A stretch of DNA of 64,000 nucleotides from Rhizophagus irregularis (Eukaryota). Position 1 is the stretch's first letter. Each line of letters opens with the position of its first letter. The stretch is from assembly GCF_026210795.1 (NCBI RefSeq), contig NC_089436.1, positions 992,001 through 1,056,000 of the forward strand. Direction: 5' to 3'. The position numbers were made by a program, and so were the translations under genes. Under the pieces are notes generated by a model. The model was given only the letters and a program-made list of their open reading frames with translations. It ran no database searches and was not told the origin of the DNA. This document shows positions 24,835 to 37,059 of the stretch, piece after piece.

Positions 24835-27049
24835 CTTCTGATTATAAGAAGAATTGGATTGTCACGATGAATGAATGATGATGGCTTTTCTTTATTTGGA
24901 AAACAGATCCAGATCCAACCCAAACGCTCCACATGTACTATTGTACATTGGATTTCAGACTGCTTATCTCGTCCGAGCAATTTGATTACTCTACAACCTT
25001 GTCCTGGCTGCAATTTAAATATAAATAAATCTTCCTATTCAAAGAAATCAGTTGCTACTGGTTCTGTTTCTTACTCCTGTTCGGCCTCTCTTTGTCAGTC
25101 ATGGATCTTACCTATGAAGAAATCATCCATTTTGAATCACACATCCAGTTTGATTGCTACGGTATCGTGGGCGGAAATCATGGACTTTATTACTTCATTT
25201 TGTAATCCTTCAGTTTGCTCGATGCCTGCTGCTGATATTCCCCATACTTCCTTTGATACTATTGACAAGGCTTTGCCTACTCCACATTTACTTACGGCTG
25301 GCGATGTTGCTACATCATTATCGGTCGTGTTTTCTCCAGACTCTCAATATATCTTTTACACTGATGGTTCTCTTATCAATTTAGGAATGTGTAATGTTTC
25401 TATGGGATGGGGCTGGGTTCAAATTGTCAAGGATTCTAGCTTTCTTAATTCTATTGCCACTTATAAGCGGGGTATTATTCGTGATTGGCCTTCCTCTTCA
25501 CGAGCCGAAGCTGCTGCTATTTATGCAGCTTTATCAGCCTCTCCTGCCAACTCTGTAGTTCATATTTATACAGACTCACAGTCTTCCATCGAGGGTTTGA
25601 AACATTGTTTCTTATCTGATTATTCAGATTCTCGTCTTTATTATAAGACTACCAATTTTGAACTTTGGGCCATTATTCAACAACTGATTGTGGATAAACA
25701 ACTTTCAGTTTACCTTTCAAGGTTAAAGCTCACTCTAATTTTTATTGGAATGACTTCGCTGACTCTCTTGCCAATACTGCCCATACATCTGATGATGCTA
25801 TTCTTATCTCCCACCTCGACCTTGCTGCAGTTCATGATTATATTATGACTTATGATGACGTAGTTTGTGAATCCAACCCAAGACATCTGTTTAAACAATA
25901 TCATCAGATGTTGTATATGAAAGACCTTTTAGCTCTTTCTTGCTTCCGTTTTATTTCTCTTTTAACAGATCCATCCTATTACGTGGTTGATTGGGCTCTT
26001 ACCTGGCACACGTTAATGTTCCAACCTAAATTTGATAATTCCTTCACCAAGGAAAATGTCTCTAGACATCACACATTGAAATTCCAACTCTTTCTGGAAG
26101 ACTTACCTACTTTAGAATCGCTGAAAAGGACACGACCTGATTTATACATAGAGATTCTTACCTGTCGTTCTTGTGAAGACCACCTAGAAGATTTTATGCA
26201 TTTATTTTTATGCAAAAAACGTTGCGTCAAATTACACCAAATTCTAACATCATATCTCCACCATCTTACCCAAAAAATTAAAGAAGCGGGTGATAATGTC
26301 AATTGCGATTACTCTTCTCTAGTTGATAGAGTTACTTCCCTTCCTTGCTGGACTTTCTCATCTAACAACTGGTCTTCCTATAGTCTTGTCTGTGGCTGTT
26401 TGTCTACCGCCTTTCTGGAAGTTTTTGAAAACTTAGGTATTCCTCGCCTCACTGCTATGAATGTGGTTGCTGCCATACATAACAATTTTGTCAACAAATT
26501 CTGTAAACGAATTTGGAATCCGCGTTCATATGATAAAGGATTATGGGAACATACGATGAACATTTCTTCAAAACTTAAACAATCTCCAAGGCCTAAAGGT
26601 TTGCCCAAATCTTCTTATTTACCTTACCCGTCTTTACCACCTCTGACCTATGTTGATTCACGTGATTCCGGAACCGATTGATTAAAAAACTCGATGCAAT
26701 ATGGATTATCTTGGTTTAATCACATTTCGGGTTTTATGGGTCGTCTAACGGTGCTACTTAATAACTGCTTTTGCAGGATGGAGTGTCGATTTTAATAGTG
26801 GGCGCGTCATTCGTTATTTTATTAGCATAGTTGCTTCTACTTTGGTTGGAATATATCAAGGGGGGAGATCTAGGAAGTGTTAGTATTAGCGAATTTTCTT
26901 TTGAACTTTCTTTTAATTTTAATTTCTTTCTAGAAGACTATATAGCTTTGTTTTTAGTTAGTTTTTATTTCATTTTCTTATTCTTATATGTAATTTTGTA
27001 AAGTTTGATAAATAATTAATAAAGATAAAGGCTACTATGCCTTGTTTGC
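24835..27049 (+). mobile_element. 5'-truncated second LINE copy (RNase H region plus 3' UTR)
   Basis: Collinear with copy 1 from 21014 onward but without the Tc1; bounded by CCAAAAATGTGACTT at 24820-24834 and 27050-27064. Confidence 0.92.
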
Positions 27050-27589
27050 CCAAAAATGTGACTTATGATTTGTTTTGGAGATATTCAGGGTCCTATCAGT
27101 TCTAATGTAAATACCGAATCTCAAAAATAAATTTCAAATTTTTAAACTTTTCAAAATTTTAATAAAAAAATGTTAATTTTAACATTTTTTTATATTTTTA
27201 TATAGGAAATCAACTTTAATGTGAATACCAATATTTCAAATAAGTTTTGAGATATTTTCAAACTGATATCCTAAAATTAAATAACTTATTTTTAAATATC
27301 AATACTGATATAAATTATAATACATGCAAAAATCATTTTACTTACCTTCATGTACAGATTTATCTTTAATAAAAAATACAGTCAACTCCCTTTATAGTCG
27401 CTTTCATTATAGTCACATTCTACTATATAGTCACACTACCAGTTAGATGTTCAAAACATTTTATTATTAAAATCTATCCTATATAGTCACAATCTATCTA
27501 TAGTCACTATCACACCTATTTTTGAAAATCTCATATTAAAAAGTACTGTTTATTATAGTCATAGTTATGTAAAGAATATAATAAATTGC

Positions 27590-28225
27590 TCAGCATCTAA
27601 TGATCGTAAAAAGATGCAACACAGCTCATTGGAATCGTCTCATTGAGACGAATCGAATGGTAGTAGTTTAATCTTTCTATGATCACTGGCTGATGAGATA
27701 TTTAGCAAAATGTCAAAAATCGGCATTTTAATATTTCTTGATTTACGTTTACTGTGCCACTAAACGTTTTGCTTAATTTCACGGCATCTAATGATTGTAA
27801 AAATATGATTAATAGCTCTTTAGAATCGCCTAATCGAGACGAATCAAATGGTGGTAAGATCATCTTTCTAGGTATGATAGATCGCGACTTATCTAATAAT
27901 TTATCATTTTAACATGTTTTTGTATAAGTCACGCTCTATCACACCTAGAAAGATGATCCTACCACCATTTGATTAGTCTCAATTAGACGATTCTAAAGAG
28001 CTATTAATCATATTTTTACAATTACTAGATGCCAAGAAATTAAGCAAAACGTTTAGCGGCACAGTAAACGTAAATCAAGAAATATTAAAATACTGATTTT
28101 TGACGTTTCACTAAATATCTTATCAGCCAGTGATCATAGAAAGATAAAACTACCACCATTTGATTCATCTCAATGAGACGATTCTAACAAGCTGTGTTGT
28201 ATCTTCCTACAATTACTGGTTGTTG
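27590..28225. repeat. Long imperfect inverted repeat (~300-bp arms), foldback element
   Basis: 27590-27890 is the reverse complement of ~27925-28225; internal palindromes such as GAATCGTCTCATTGAGACGAATC. Confidence 0.8.
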
Positions 28226-28271
28226 ATTTAACAATATATATATATATTTTTTAATAAAGTATCCCTTAAAC

Positions 28272-28911
28272 AGGACCCCGGACATCACATATATAACTCA
28301 TAACTGATCTGCATGAATTTAAGTACTTTTTTCTCCTGCTAAAATAGACCTAATTTGCTAAAAATCAAATTATCACATTTCAAATCTATACTAATTTGCT
28401 AAAACTCAAAATATGAGTTAATAATCTTTTTTTTATTATCAATAAAAAAATAAATGATTAATATAAATTAAACTGCCAATTTTTATAATTAAAATATGTA
28501 GATTATAGATAAAATAATAATTAATAAAAATAATAAATTAAATAAATAATTATTAAAAAATAAAATGTTGCGAAACTAAACGGACGGTTTTTGGCCCGCA
28601 TTATGCTTAATTTTGGCCGGAATTATACTTAATTTTGGCCAAAATATGACCCGGACCCCGAAACTAATATTTTTAAAAATATTATTTATAAAGTTAAAAA
28701 CAAAGGATAAGTTAAATTTAAAAAAAAGTACCAATTTGCTCAAATATAAAATATGACTTTGTAAAATCAATACAATTTGCTAAAACTCATAATTATGACT
28801 ATTAATTAATTTTCAATCAATTTGCTCTTTCTAAAATTATGAGTTTAACCTAATTTTGATTGAATTTGCTAAAACTCAAATGTGAGTTATATATGTGATG
28901 TCTGGGATCCT
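28272..28911. mobile_element. Second AGGACCCC-terminus MITE subfamily (640 bp)
   Basis: AGGACCCCGGACATCACATATATAACTCA ... TGAGTTATATATGTGATGTCTGGGATCCT; no matching TSD. Confidence 0.75.
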
Positions 28912-29692
28912 AGTTTTAGCAAATTGTGTTGATTTTACAAAGTCATATTTTATATTTAAGCAAATTGGTACTTTTTTTTGAATTTAACTTATCCTTTTTT
29001 TTAACTTTTATTGATAACATTTTTAAAAATATTAATTTCAGAGTTCAGGTTGTATTTTGGCCAAAATTAAGTATAATTTCAGCCAAAATTAAGCATAATG
29101 CAGGCCAAAACCCGTCTGATTAGTTTCACAACATTTTTTTTAATAATTATTTATATTGTCAGTCTGGGTGTGTAGTCATTACGTTCCTCCACTTTAGCCT
29201 CAAGGTCTCACAATATCTATATCGCCCTTTCATGGCACAGGAATACCTCCAAGATCTGTTACTATCTGTTACTACCATCTGTTACTAAAAATATACTAAA
29301 AAACAGATAAAACAAAGAAAAAGAAAGGAAAATATGATAGAATCAGAAGGGAGTAACAGATATAACAGATGTAACATACAGTCATTTCAGAAATATATGA
29401 GAGAAACATCTCCAGAAAAAGTTTTATTTTTACCCCAGATTTGTTGCATTCATTACGATCTGTTACTCTTTCAGAATTCCGTTTATTTTCCTATTAGAGA
29501 TAGTGAGATAGCAAATTATATCAACCAGGTAGGTCAGCAGGTAAGTTTATGTCATTGGTTAGCAAATAGATTACTTTTATGTGCAAGCAAGCAAAGTGAC
29601 TGAAAGAACGCAGTGACCGAAGAAGCAAAGCAAGTGAGCATAGTAATCTACACCTCTAACATACTCAGGCAAACATACCACTTTGACACGCA

Positions 29693-30370
29693 ATGGTTCC
29701 TAGAAGATCTGTAAAAGCGCAGAGAGATAACCAGGTAGGAGTGTAAGAGGGTAGGGCTTTATCCCACTTGAAAAAAAGTATTTGAATAATGGGTAAATCA
29801 GTAGTAAAACAGCAACATATATACAGTAGAAAAGTTAGCAACAATCTTCAGCTGCACAGTTTCTAATCTTATAGATATCAACAGGAGGATACTTTTTGAA
29901 CAATGCAGGAAGTAAAGTCCATTCAGTATCCCTAAACTCGTGGATAACTTTATTGCAGTCTGTCCAATTGATAAATTTAGCAAATATCTATTGCTCAACT
30001 ATACTTGGTATGCTTGGTGTAGAGACGAATTGTGAAAATGGCATAAAAAAGCTGAACAAGTATATGGCAGAGCGGTAGATGAAAACAAGAAAGCTAAAAA
30101 GGCTTACTGGCAAGCATTTGAGATGATAGAAAGAACGTCAACAAAGCTAATAAAGAATGTGAAAAAGCTTACAAAAAAAGATATACCAGCTTTGAAGAAA
30201 TGATGGTAGTCATAGAACAAGCTATTCTCTGTTGTGGCTTTGTAACAAGAGAATCTAACTGGGGAAAGTACAACTGGACGATATACAACATCCAATTACT
30301 TAAGAATGGATTTACTCCTGAAGACATAGGATATCCTAGTGATGATGAAGAATGGTTTTAGAAGGCGATA
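29693..30370 (+). pseudogene. Unknown ORF with an HTH-like segment and many in-frame stops
   Basis: A single frame reads YPT*KKVFE*WVNQ**NSNIYTVEKLATIFSCTVSNLIDINRR..WYAWCRDEL*KWHKKAEQ.. Confidence 0.4.
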
Positions 30371-30726
30371 TTAACCTGTCTTCTTCTTTTTTGCCTTCTT
30401 TGCTGCAGCTCTCTCATCCTTCTTGTCTAAATATTTAAGAGCACAGTCTAAGCATTTTTGCTTTTTATAAATCATAAGCCCAAGTTTTTTTGCATTCTGC
30501 TGCAATGTTACTCTTTCTCTTTTAAGTTTTAACTTTAATCGCATCCTATTCATTTTCATTATGTTCTGTAACTATCCAGTCAGAATCTACAAATGAATTT
30601 ATTTTCCTCTTACAATTAGAATAAATATCATATATCTTATTAGCATCTTTACCTACAGCAGGAATCCGCTGTTCTTTTCTTATATTAACATAATCCTTAC
30701 AGGTTTTGCAATAAAGTTTCATCATC
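30371..30726 (-). pseudogene. Small basic Cys-motif (zinc-ribbon-like) protein, frameshifted
   Basis: MMKLYCKTCK...YSNCKRKINSFV followed by a K/A-rich tail containing CLDC. Confidence 0.45.
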
Positions 30727-30733
30727 TTGAGAT

Positions 30734-31863
30734 TTGAAGTCCAAAATCTTCCCTTTAATTTGTCATAATATGTCATACTTAGAGAATAACTACAAGTACT
30801 ATAATCTCTCCAGAGTACAAGCACGAATTCTAAAAGGTGAAGAACACTATAACTTATATAAAAAGCCTCTAAAGAAGAAGTTAACAAAATATTCACAAGT
30901 AATCATATGGAGACCAAATGCAACACATCAGGCCGATTTTGCAAAAATGCCAGTAGATCCTAAAGGATTTCACTATTTCCTCATAGTGGTAAAAGTTACA
31001 GGAAAGCGAGTTGACGTAGAGCTCTTAAAGAATAAGACCGCAAATAGAGTTCTAAATGGATTTGCTAAAATCTATAAAAGAAATTGTCGGTATCAAGCCT
31101 TTGACACACCAATTAGAAACAGACTCTGAATTAGAATTCACCAATGATCAGGTACATGATTTTTTCTTGAATAGTTTAGGAGTTATGATGAAGTTTGAAG
31201 AACCAGGTAGGCACAAACAGCAATTGTATGCTGAACAAGCAATCCAAGCGATCCAGGAACCTCTCCTCAAACGAATGGCTGCACAGGAGTTGAAGACCAG
31301 AATGACATCCGTGGAATGGTCAGAAGATATTCATGATGTAGTAAATAAAATAGACGAATTTTGGCAAAGAAGTCCTCCTGACATTTCAACTGGGTCACCT
31401 AAAGTATCAAAGAAGATAGATCTCCTATCTGAAGAAACATATGTCTGCGTCAAGTTAGATGAACTTATTTTAGTACTCGGCACTAAACTTCATAGAAAAT
31501 TCTATACAGAAGATATAAGATGGAATCCAAATATTTGTGTAATCAAAAAATGATTCTCTTATTTAAGCAACCTCCTACGCATCTTCTTAATGGACCATAC
31601 AGATGACTAGGTGTATTCAGATATACGTGCATCCAAAAAGAGTTGCAGGTTATCCCAAAAAATGAAAGACCCCACCCAACTCCGTGATAAAAGGACAACT
31701 TGAAAGATTTGTACCTGAGCGGATACTCCAACATTGCATTAGAAAATGTCAAGACCAGTATCTAGTCAAGTGAAAGCGATATCCAGATACTAAAGCTACT
31801 TGGAAACCTGCTGACTGGTTGGAGGAGAATGTTTCCAACTTAGTCCACAAGTTTTGGGAATAA
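30734..31863 (+). pseudogene. Retroviral-type (rve) DDE integrase with a C-terminal chromodomain
   Basis: HQADF..YFLIVV, LETDSELEF, YAEQAIQ give the D,D,E core. Chromodomain YLVK*KRYPDTKATWKP at 31759-31809. Frameshifts present. Confidence 0.75.
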
Positions 31864-31903
31864 AAAAAAATAAAAGAATTAAAGGGCCTTATTTTTTGTC
31901 TCC

Positions 31904-32760
31904 TTAGTTTGCGTCAGGAACTATCAGAATAAAAACATTTTTCCCATTGCAGGTAAGAGCAATATGTTCATGTGATTTATGGATATTGTAGTTGTAATAC
32001 TTCAAACACGTTCGGTTTAATCCAATCTCTCTATGCTTGTAATCACTTAAAATCACGAGGTCCTCAATGATAGCACAATCGGGAGTAAGTTTAATAAATA
32101 CATCCTTTACCATGCCAAATGTCCTACCTGATCCCAGAGCACCAAATATGTTGTGTGTTATACTCTTGTTAATATCCAACCCTAATTCCTTAGCAGTTTT
32201 TCTCTGAATAAAAGACGTATTAGCACAAGTGTTAACTAAGTACTGAATTGCTATCCTATTGACCTTTCCACTCAGTGCTAAAAAATCTTTAGTATTCTTC
32301 AAATGAGCTATGTCAATATCCATAGAATTGTCTTCCCTAATATCCTCTTCTTGTTCCTCCTCAGCTAGGCCTTCTGGAATTTCTGTGACTTTTCTAGCAG
32401 ACAATATCTCCTTCTGAAGAATTTCACAGAGCAATTTTCTAAAGTTTACAGATCTCAATAAGTTCATCAAGTCATTTTTGGCGATGGCTTTTGCAGGTAC
32501 AGATTTAGCAGTAACCTTCGCAGGAATTTTAATAGGTGTTGCTTTAACTGATTTTTTTGGAGCTGATTTAAGAAGTTTCGAGATACTTACATCCTCATTC
32601 AAATCTACTTTTTTTTTGTACTTTAAACAACACAAATCTGAAAATCACTTTTTTCGTCTGGAACAAATTTCAAGTTCTCAAAACTCGCAGTGTTCACATC
32701 AATGTCTATAGCATCATTATTAAGATCAAGATTCTTCATTGCTCAGGCTAATTCCAGATC
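31904..32760 (-). pseudogene. Gag-like linker plus retropepsin (aspartic protease), decayed
   Basis: DNSMDID linker, GKVNRIAIQYLVNTCANTSFI (degenerate LVDTGA), AKELGL, GAL and EIGL. The ORF ends directly after the protease domain. Confidence 0.65.
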
Positions 32761-34689
32761 ATCACGTTTATTTTTAGCCTTCTAAAGTTTTTTTACGTAT
32801 ATTTTAACCACTTTAGGAATGTGCCAGAAATTACATGATTTAGTGGATGGGTGAAGGGTTAAGTTCTGCAATCAGGTATCACAATATACCTTTTATAGTA
32901 ATAGTATATCTTTTAGGGAGCTTACACATATTATGTAATTATTATAGGGGGGGAGGGGGGTAGTTAAAATTTTACGTTACACTTATTTAAATCATATGAT
33001 TTATAAATATTATAATTTGATTGGTTATGAAATCTAACAGGGGGGGGGGGTAAGGTTTATAAGAAAATGAATATTACGTGATATGTGTAACTCCCCTTAT
33101 AGTAAATAATATATAATTTGTTTATTAAGAAGCTTTTTTGCAATTATTTCACCATTTAAAAGTCCAATTTCAATGAATTTTTTTTTGTTTTATAAAGTAT
33201 AAAGAAAGCTATAAAATAAAAAAAAGTTTATGCAAATTGAATTATTTGTATAATAAAATAATTGTATTATAATATATATATAATATATAGTAATTTATTT
33301 ATTAAGAAGTTTTTTTGCAATTAACTTACTATCTAGCCGTTCAATTTTATGGTTTATGATCATTATAATTTTGATGTTGATTATATTTTGAACCAGTTTT
33401 TAGAATTTGTTTAGAACCGGTTTGGTTTAATTTTTAAAAGCTATTAAAAATTGGGTTTGACTTATAAATTTTCTTTTTTTTTTATTTACTGTAAAAATAT
33501 TAGTGTTTTTCTATTCCCAATAAGATTTTTGGCTCATATATTAAAATCTACGAGATTTTGATCAGTTCTAAAAACTGCTTAAAATTACGTAATTGAACTG
33601 ATCTCATTCCTACTTGTAATTTCTTTTCATGTGAAGTTCACCTTTTAGTCTTCTGGATAAATCCTTTTCCAATAAACACTTCTATTCTATAGATTTAAAC
33701 CAACTAAGTTTACGTTTCTTAGTATTAATCCCTAATGTTATTCTTAAATCTCTATAATTTAATAATCAATCACCTCCTGAGGAAATCAGTTAATTAATAA
33801 AATATATGCTGTGTCTCTAAGGTTGCCTGCCTAAACCTCTCTAAAATTCTATGATTAGTTTCTCCAAAATTTTACTATAGTTTTATTATAGTTTCAGTAA
33901 GATTTTGGCAGTTTTGGCATTTATAATAGGTTTTGTCAGATTTCGCTTTTCTCCAGAGTTTTGCCAACTTTTTAATAAGACTTTCATATAGTTTTGGCAA
34001 AATTTCACCATTTTGGCATTTCGCCAATTTGCCAAAACCCTCTAGTTTCTCCAACAACCTTACATGTCTCATTAACTGTTAGTTCATTCAATTTTTGAAT
34101 AATTCATTATGTGTAAAGAAATCAGTTATATGCAATGAATCCTTTTTAATAATATTTTCATCTTGTCCATTACTTCTAAAAGTTAAATTATGATCATACA
34201 TTGTTGCTAATGTTGCTGCTAAAATGTTATATTTGACTTTAAGATCACATGACTTAATATTCCATTTTGTCATTAGCAATTTAGTTAAGATTATTTCAGA
34301 TTGTAATTATTTATTACATATTCTTGTAATAATATAATAACAATTATAAATGATATTACATTCAGAATACTACAATGAATAAAAAAAATTTCTGGAGATA
34401 TGAAAGCAAAATTTAATTTTATATCTACTAATTTTTATAATTCAACAGTCTATTTGGTTTTGGTATTAGATTTACAATATAAAACACAAATCTTTTTTAA
34501 TAATACAAATGCAGATAAAGTAAAACAAATGCTTTTAAAAAATATATTAGTTATTAAAATATAAAACAGATTCTTTTTACTGATAACAAAAATGAAATTA
34601 AATAAAAAAATGTAGAAAATAAAAAAAAGTCATCAGAAATTTTAAATTGTATAATTCAAAAGACAAAAGAATTAGTACTAATTTACAAA

Positions 34690-34950
34690 CATATAATAAA
34701 ATAGCTGAATATTTAGCAATTCTTATAGAATTTTTATGTATAAATCTGTGTGAATAGTGGAAGCACCATAAATACAATATCCACTACTAGAGAAAATAGC
34801 ACATGATTATATTTGTATTTCTGCAACTTCAGTTTTTAGTGAACAAGCTTTTTTAAAATTTGGTAAATTAATCAGCAAAAAAAGAAATAGGCTAGATTAT
34901 TATGTTATTAAGACGTATGAATTTAAATTTGTAGATCAAGTTATTAGATA
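34690..34950 (+). pseudogene. hAT transposase C-terminal dimerisation domain remnant
   Basis: E*WK..YPLLEKIAHDYICISATSVFSEQAFLKFGKLISKKRNRL; a possible right terminus TTAGCAATACTA ends at ~35365. Confidence 0.75.
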
Positions 34951-36907
34951 ATTAATTTATTAATATTAATTTTTTTCTATTTGCTTAATAATTTTATTAT
35001 TTTAACCATAATGTAATAATATACTAATGTAAATAATAATAATAATATATACTAATAAATGAATATTTAGCATTGATAAAAAATAAAAATATAAAATTTA
35101 ATTTTTTAAAGATTAAAATATATGAAATAATAAAAAATAATAATAAAATTGCCATCAGTTCTATTAATCCCATCAGCTTCATGGTTTGATTTGACTCAAG
35201 TTAAACCCATTAGTTCCATTAGTCCTATCAGCTTTGTAGTTTAGTTCAGTTTGGTTTGACTTAGACTTTTTACATTGATAAATTCAATTCAGTTTGACTT
35301 GATTTTTTATTAGTTTAACTTGACTTTAGTTTTAAGTTAGATTAAACTGGACTGTTAGCAATACTAATATCAATAAATAAAATATATAGGGTAGAATTAT
35401 TGTAGTTTGAAATTTCAAATTATAAATAATAAAAATCTAAATCAAGCAAGAATATATTAATGTTTTATTGAGAAATTTATTAAATAAAAGGATTTTGTCT
35501 ATCAGTATGTGGCAGATGTCTATCAATAAATGCTTTAATTATTTAGTATTGTAGTATATTATTCATACTTTTAACTGGCATTATTTTATTATAATATTAT
35601 AATATTTTCTTAATTTTTTTGTCATTCAGAAAGTTAGATTGAGACAAAATTACCATTATTAGATTCCTTTTTATTATATGATTCAAATGGTAGTTTTAAA
35701 ATTCCTGTGTAGCATCTGTATAATGTGATAGTTTAAGTATAATAATAAGTATTATGATTTATGAATTTTTATATTGTATAAAAATAATCATTTCCAAAAG
35801 CAATAAAGCTCAATAATATAATAAAAGATCATTATTTAAATCTTATAATTGCAAGAAATCTAATAGTTGTAATTTGTTTCAATACAAATTTTAGTTGATA
35901 AGAAATGAAGTTTAAACTTTTTATTTCAAACTTTTATACCAAATTCAATTTTAATGTAAAAATTATTAGTAGTATTTCTCTGTAATAATGTAATATAACA
36001 AAATGCAATTATAATAAAAGTAAATAGTTTTTTTTTAAAAAAACATTGAAATTTATTATTATGTAGGATTTTGAGCATTTTAAAAAAGTTATAGCTAATT
36101 ATTATGCTTTGATTTCTATTAAATTTATAACTACTTGGTTTTTAAAAGGTAAAATAGATGTAAAAACAATAATAAATTTTCATTTTTTTTATTACTTTTT
36201 AAAATAATATTCTAAAAATCCATTGGGTATTACAAAGTTTTAATTTAAATAGGAAAATTCTAATCTCATATCTAAAATAACAAATTTGGCTTTTTAGAGG
36301 GGGGAAACTAAAAAAATTAAATTTATATTTATATACTAAAAATGCTTCAAATATTATAATTTGTTTGGAATTAATATTAACTAAAAAAAAATTTTTTTTA
36401 GCAGTTTCCTTCCCTTTTATTGCAAAGAGCCCAAATGATATTTGCACTACCATTCTTTTACCAGGAACTGTATTTCAAATTGAAGTCAATTATATAAAAA
36501 TCATTTAAATTTAAATGCTTATAACTTTTTATTTAGATATCTGTTCAAAAATCTAACTGGTAGTTTAATAGTATCCATATTAAAGAACAAAGTTACTGGA
36601 TTAGTTTTTTAAAATTTTGTTTTTTAAGATGTTAAAAGTTTTTTTTAAATATAGTTTCTGGCACCATATAAATTCAATAGAAATTTATGTTAAAAAAATA
36701 AATTACTATTTATTAATACAATATAAATAATTAATCTATTAGTTTAATCTATTAATTTAATCTATAATTAAATTTTTAATTAAATAAATTGTTACAGATT
36801 GTAAAATTTATAAGGTTTAACCCAAATTATAAAATTTTCTAATTCTATATTATTTTATGTAATTACAGATAAATTAGTCTATTACAAAGAATTTCATATT
36901 TATGATA

Positions 36908-37059
36908 GGCGTCCATAACGTACAGTGAGAGTGTATGATATTAACGTACAAACTGGCCCGAGTTTAGGAGTTATGCATTTGCACGTGATGGCGTTAGAAT
37001 TAACCCCGGCCAGTTCGTACGTTAATATCGTACACCCCCACTGTACATTAAGGAACCCC
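36908..37059. mobile_element. Palindromic MITE
   Basis: GTACAGTGAGAGTGTATGATATTAACGTACAAACTGGCC / GGCCAGTTCGTACGTTAATATCGTACACCCCCACTGTAC. Confidence 0.7.

Larger units (their letters stand above)
13284..27094. mobile_element. AGGACCCC-family MITE copy 1 (~297 bp), split by a 13.5-kb LINE insertion
   Basis: The left part (13284-13549) and right part (27065-27094) rejoin into a copy of the element at 16218-16514. 8-bp TSD ATCAGTTC at 13276-13283 and 27095-27102. Confidence 0.9.
29157..32883. mobile_element. Decayed integrase-encoding element (Ginger/Polinton-like integrase plus retropepsin, no RT); boundaries tentative
   Basis: Less AT-rich intronless block with four tightly packed ORF remnants. 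It begins TGT, ends ACA and is flanked by ATAT, which is weak evidence. Confidence 0.55.

Noticed and set aside
20737..27049. LTR pair or a host RNase H gene duplication
   Set aside because: The repeat is the LINE 3' end bounded by TSDs, without TG..CA LTR structure.
29157..32883. Ty3/Gypsy LTR retrotransposon
   Set aside because: PR and IN are on opposite strands, and no RT, RNase H or LTRs are seen.
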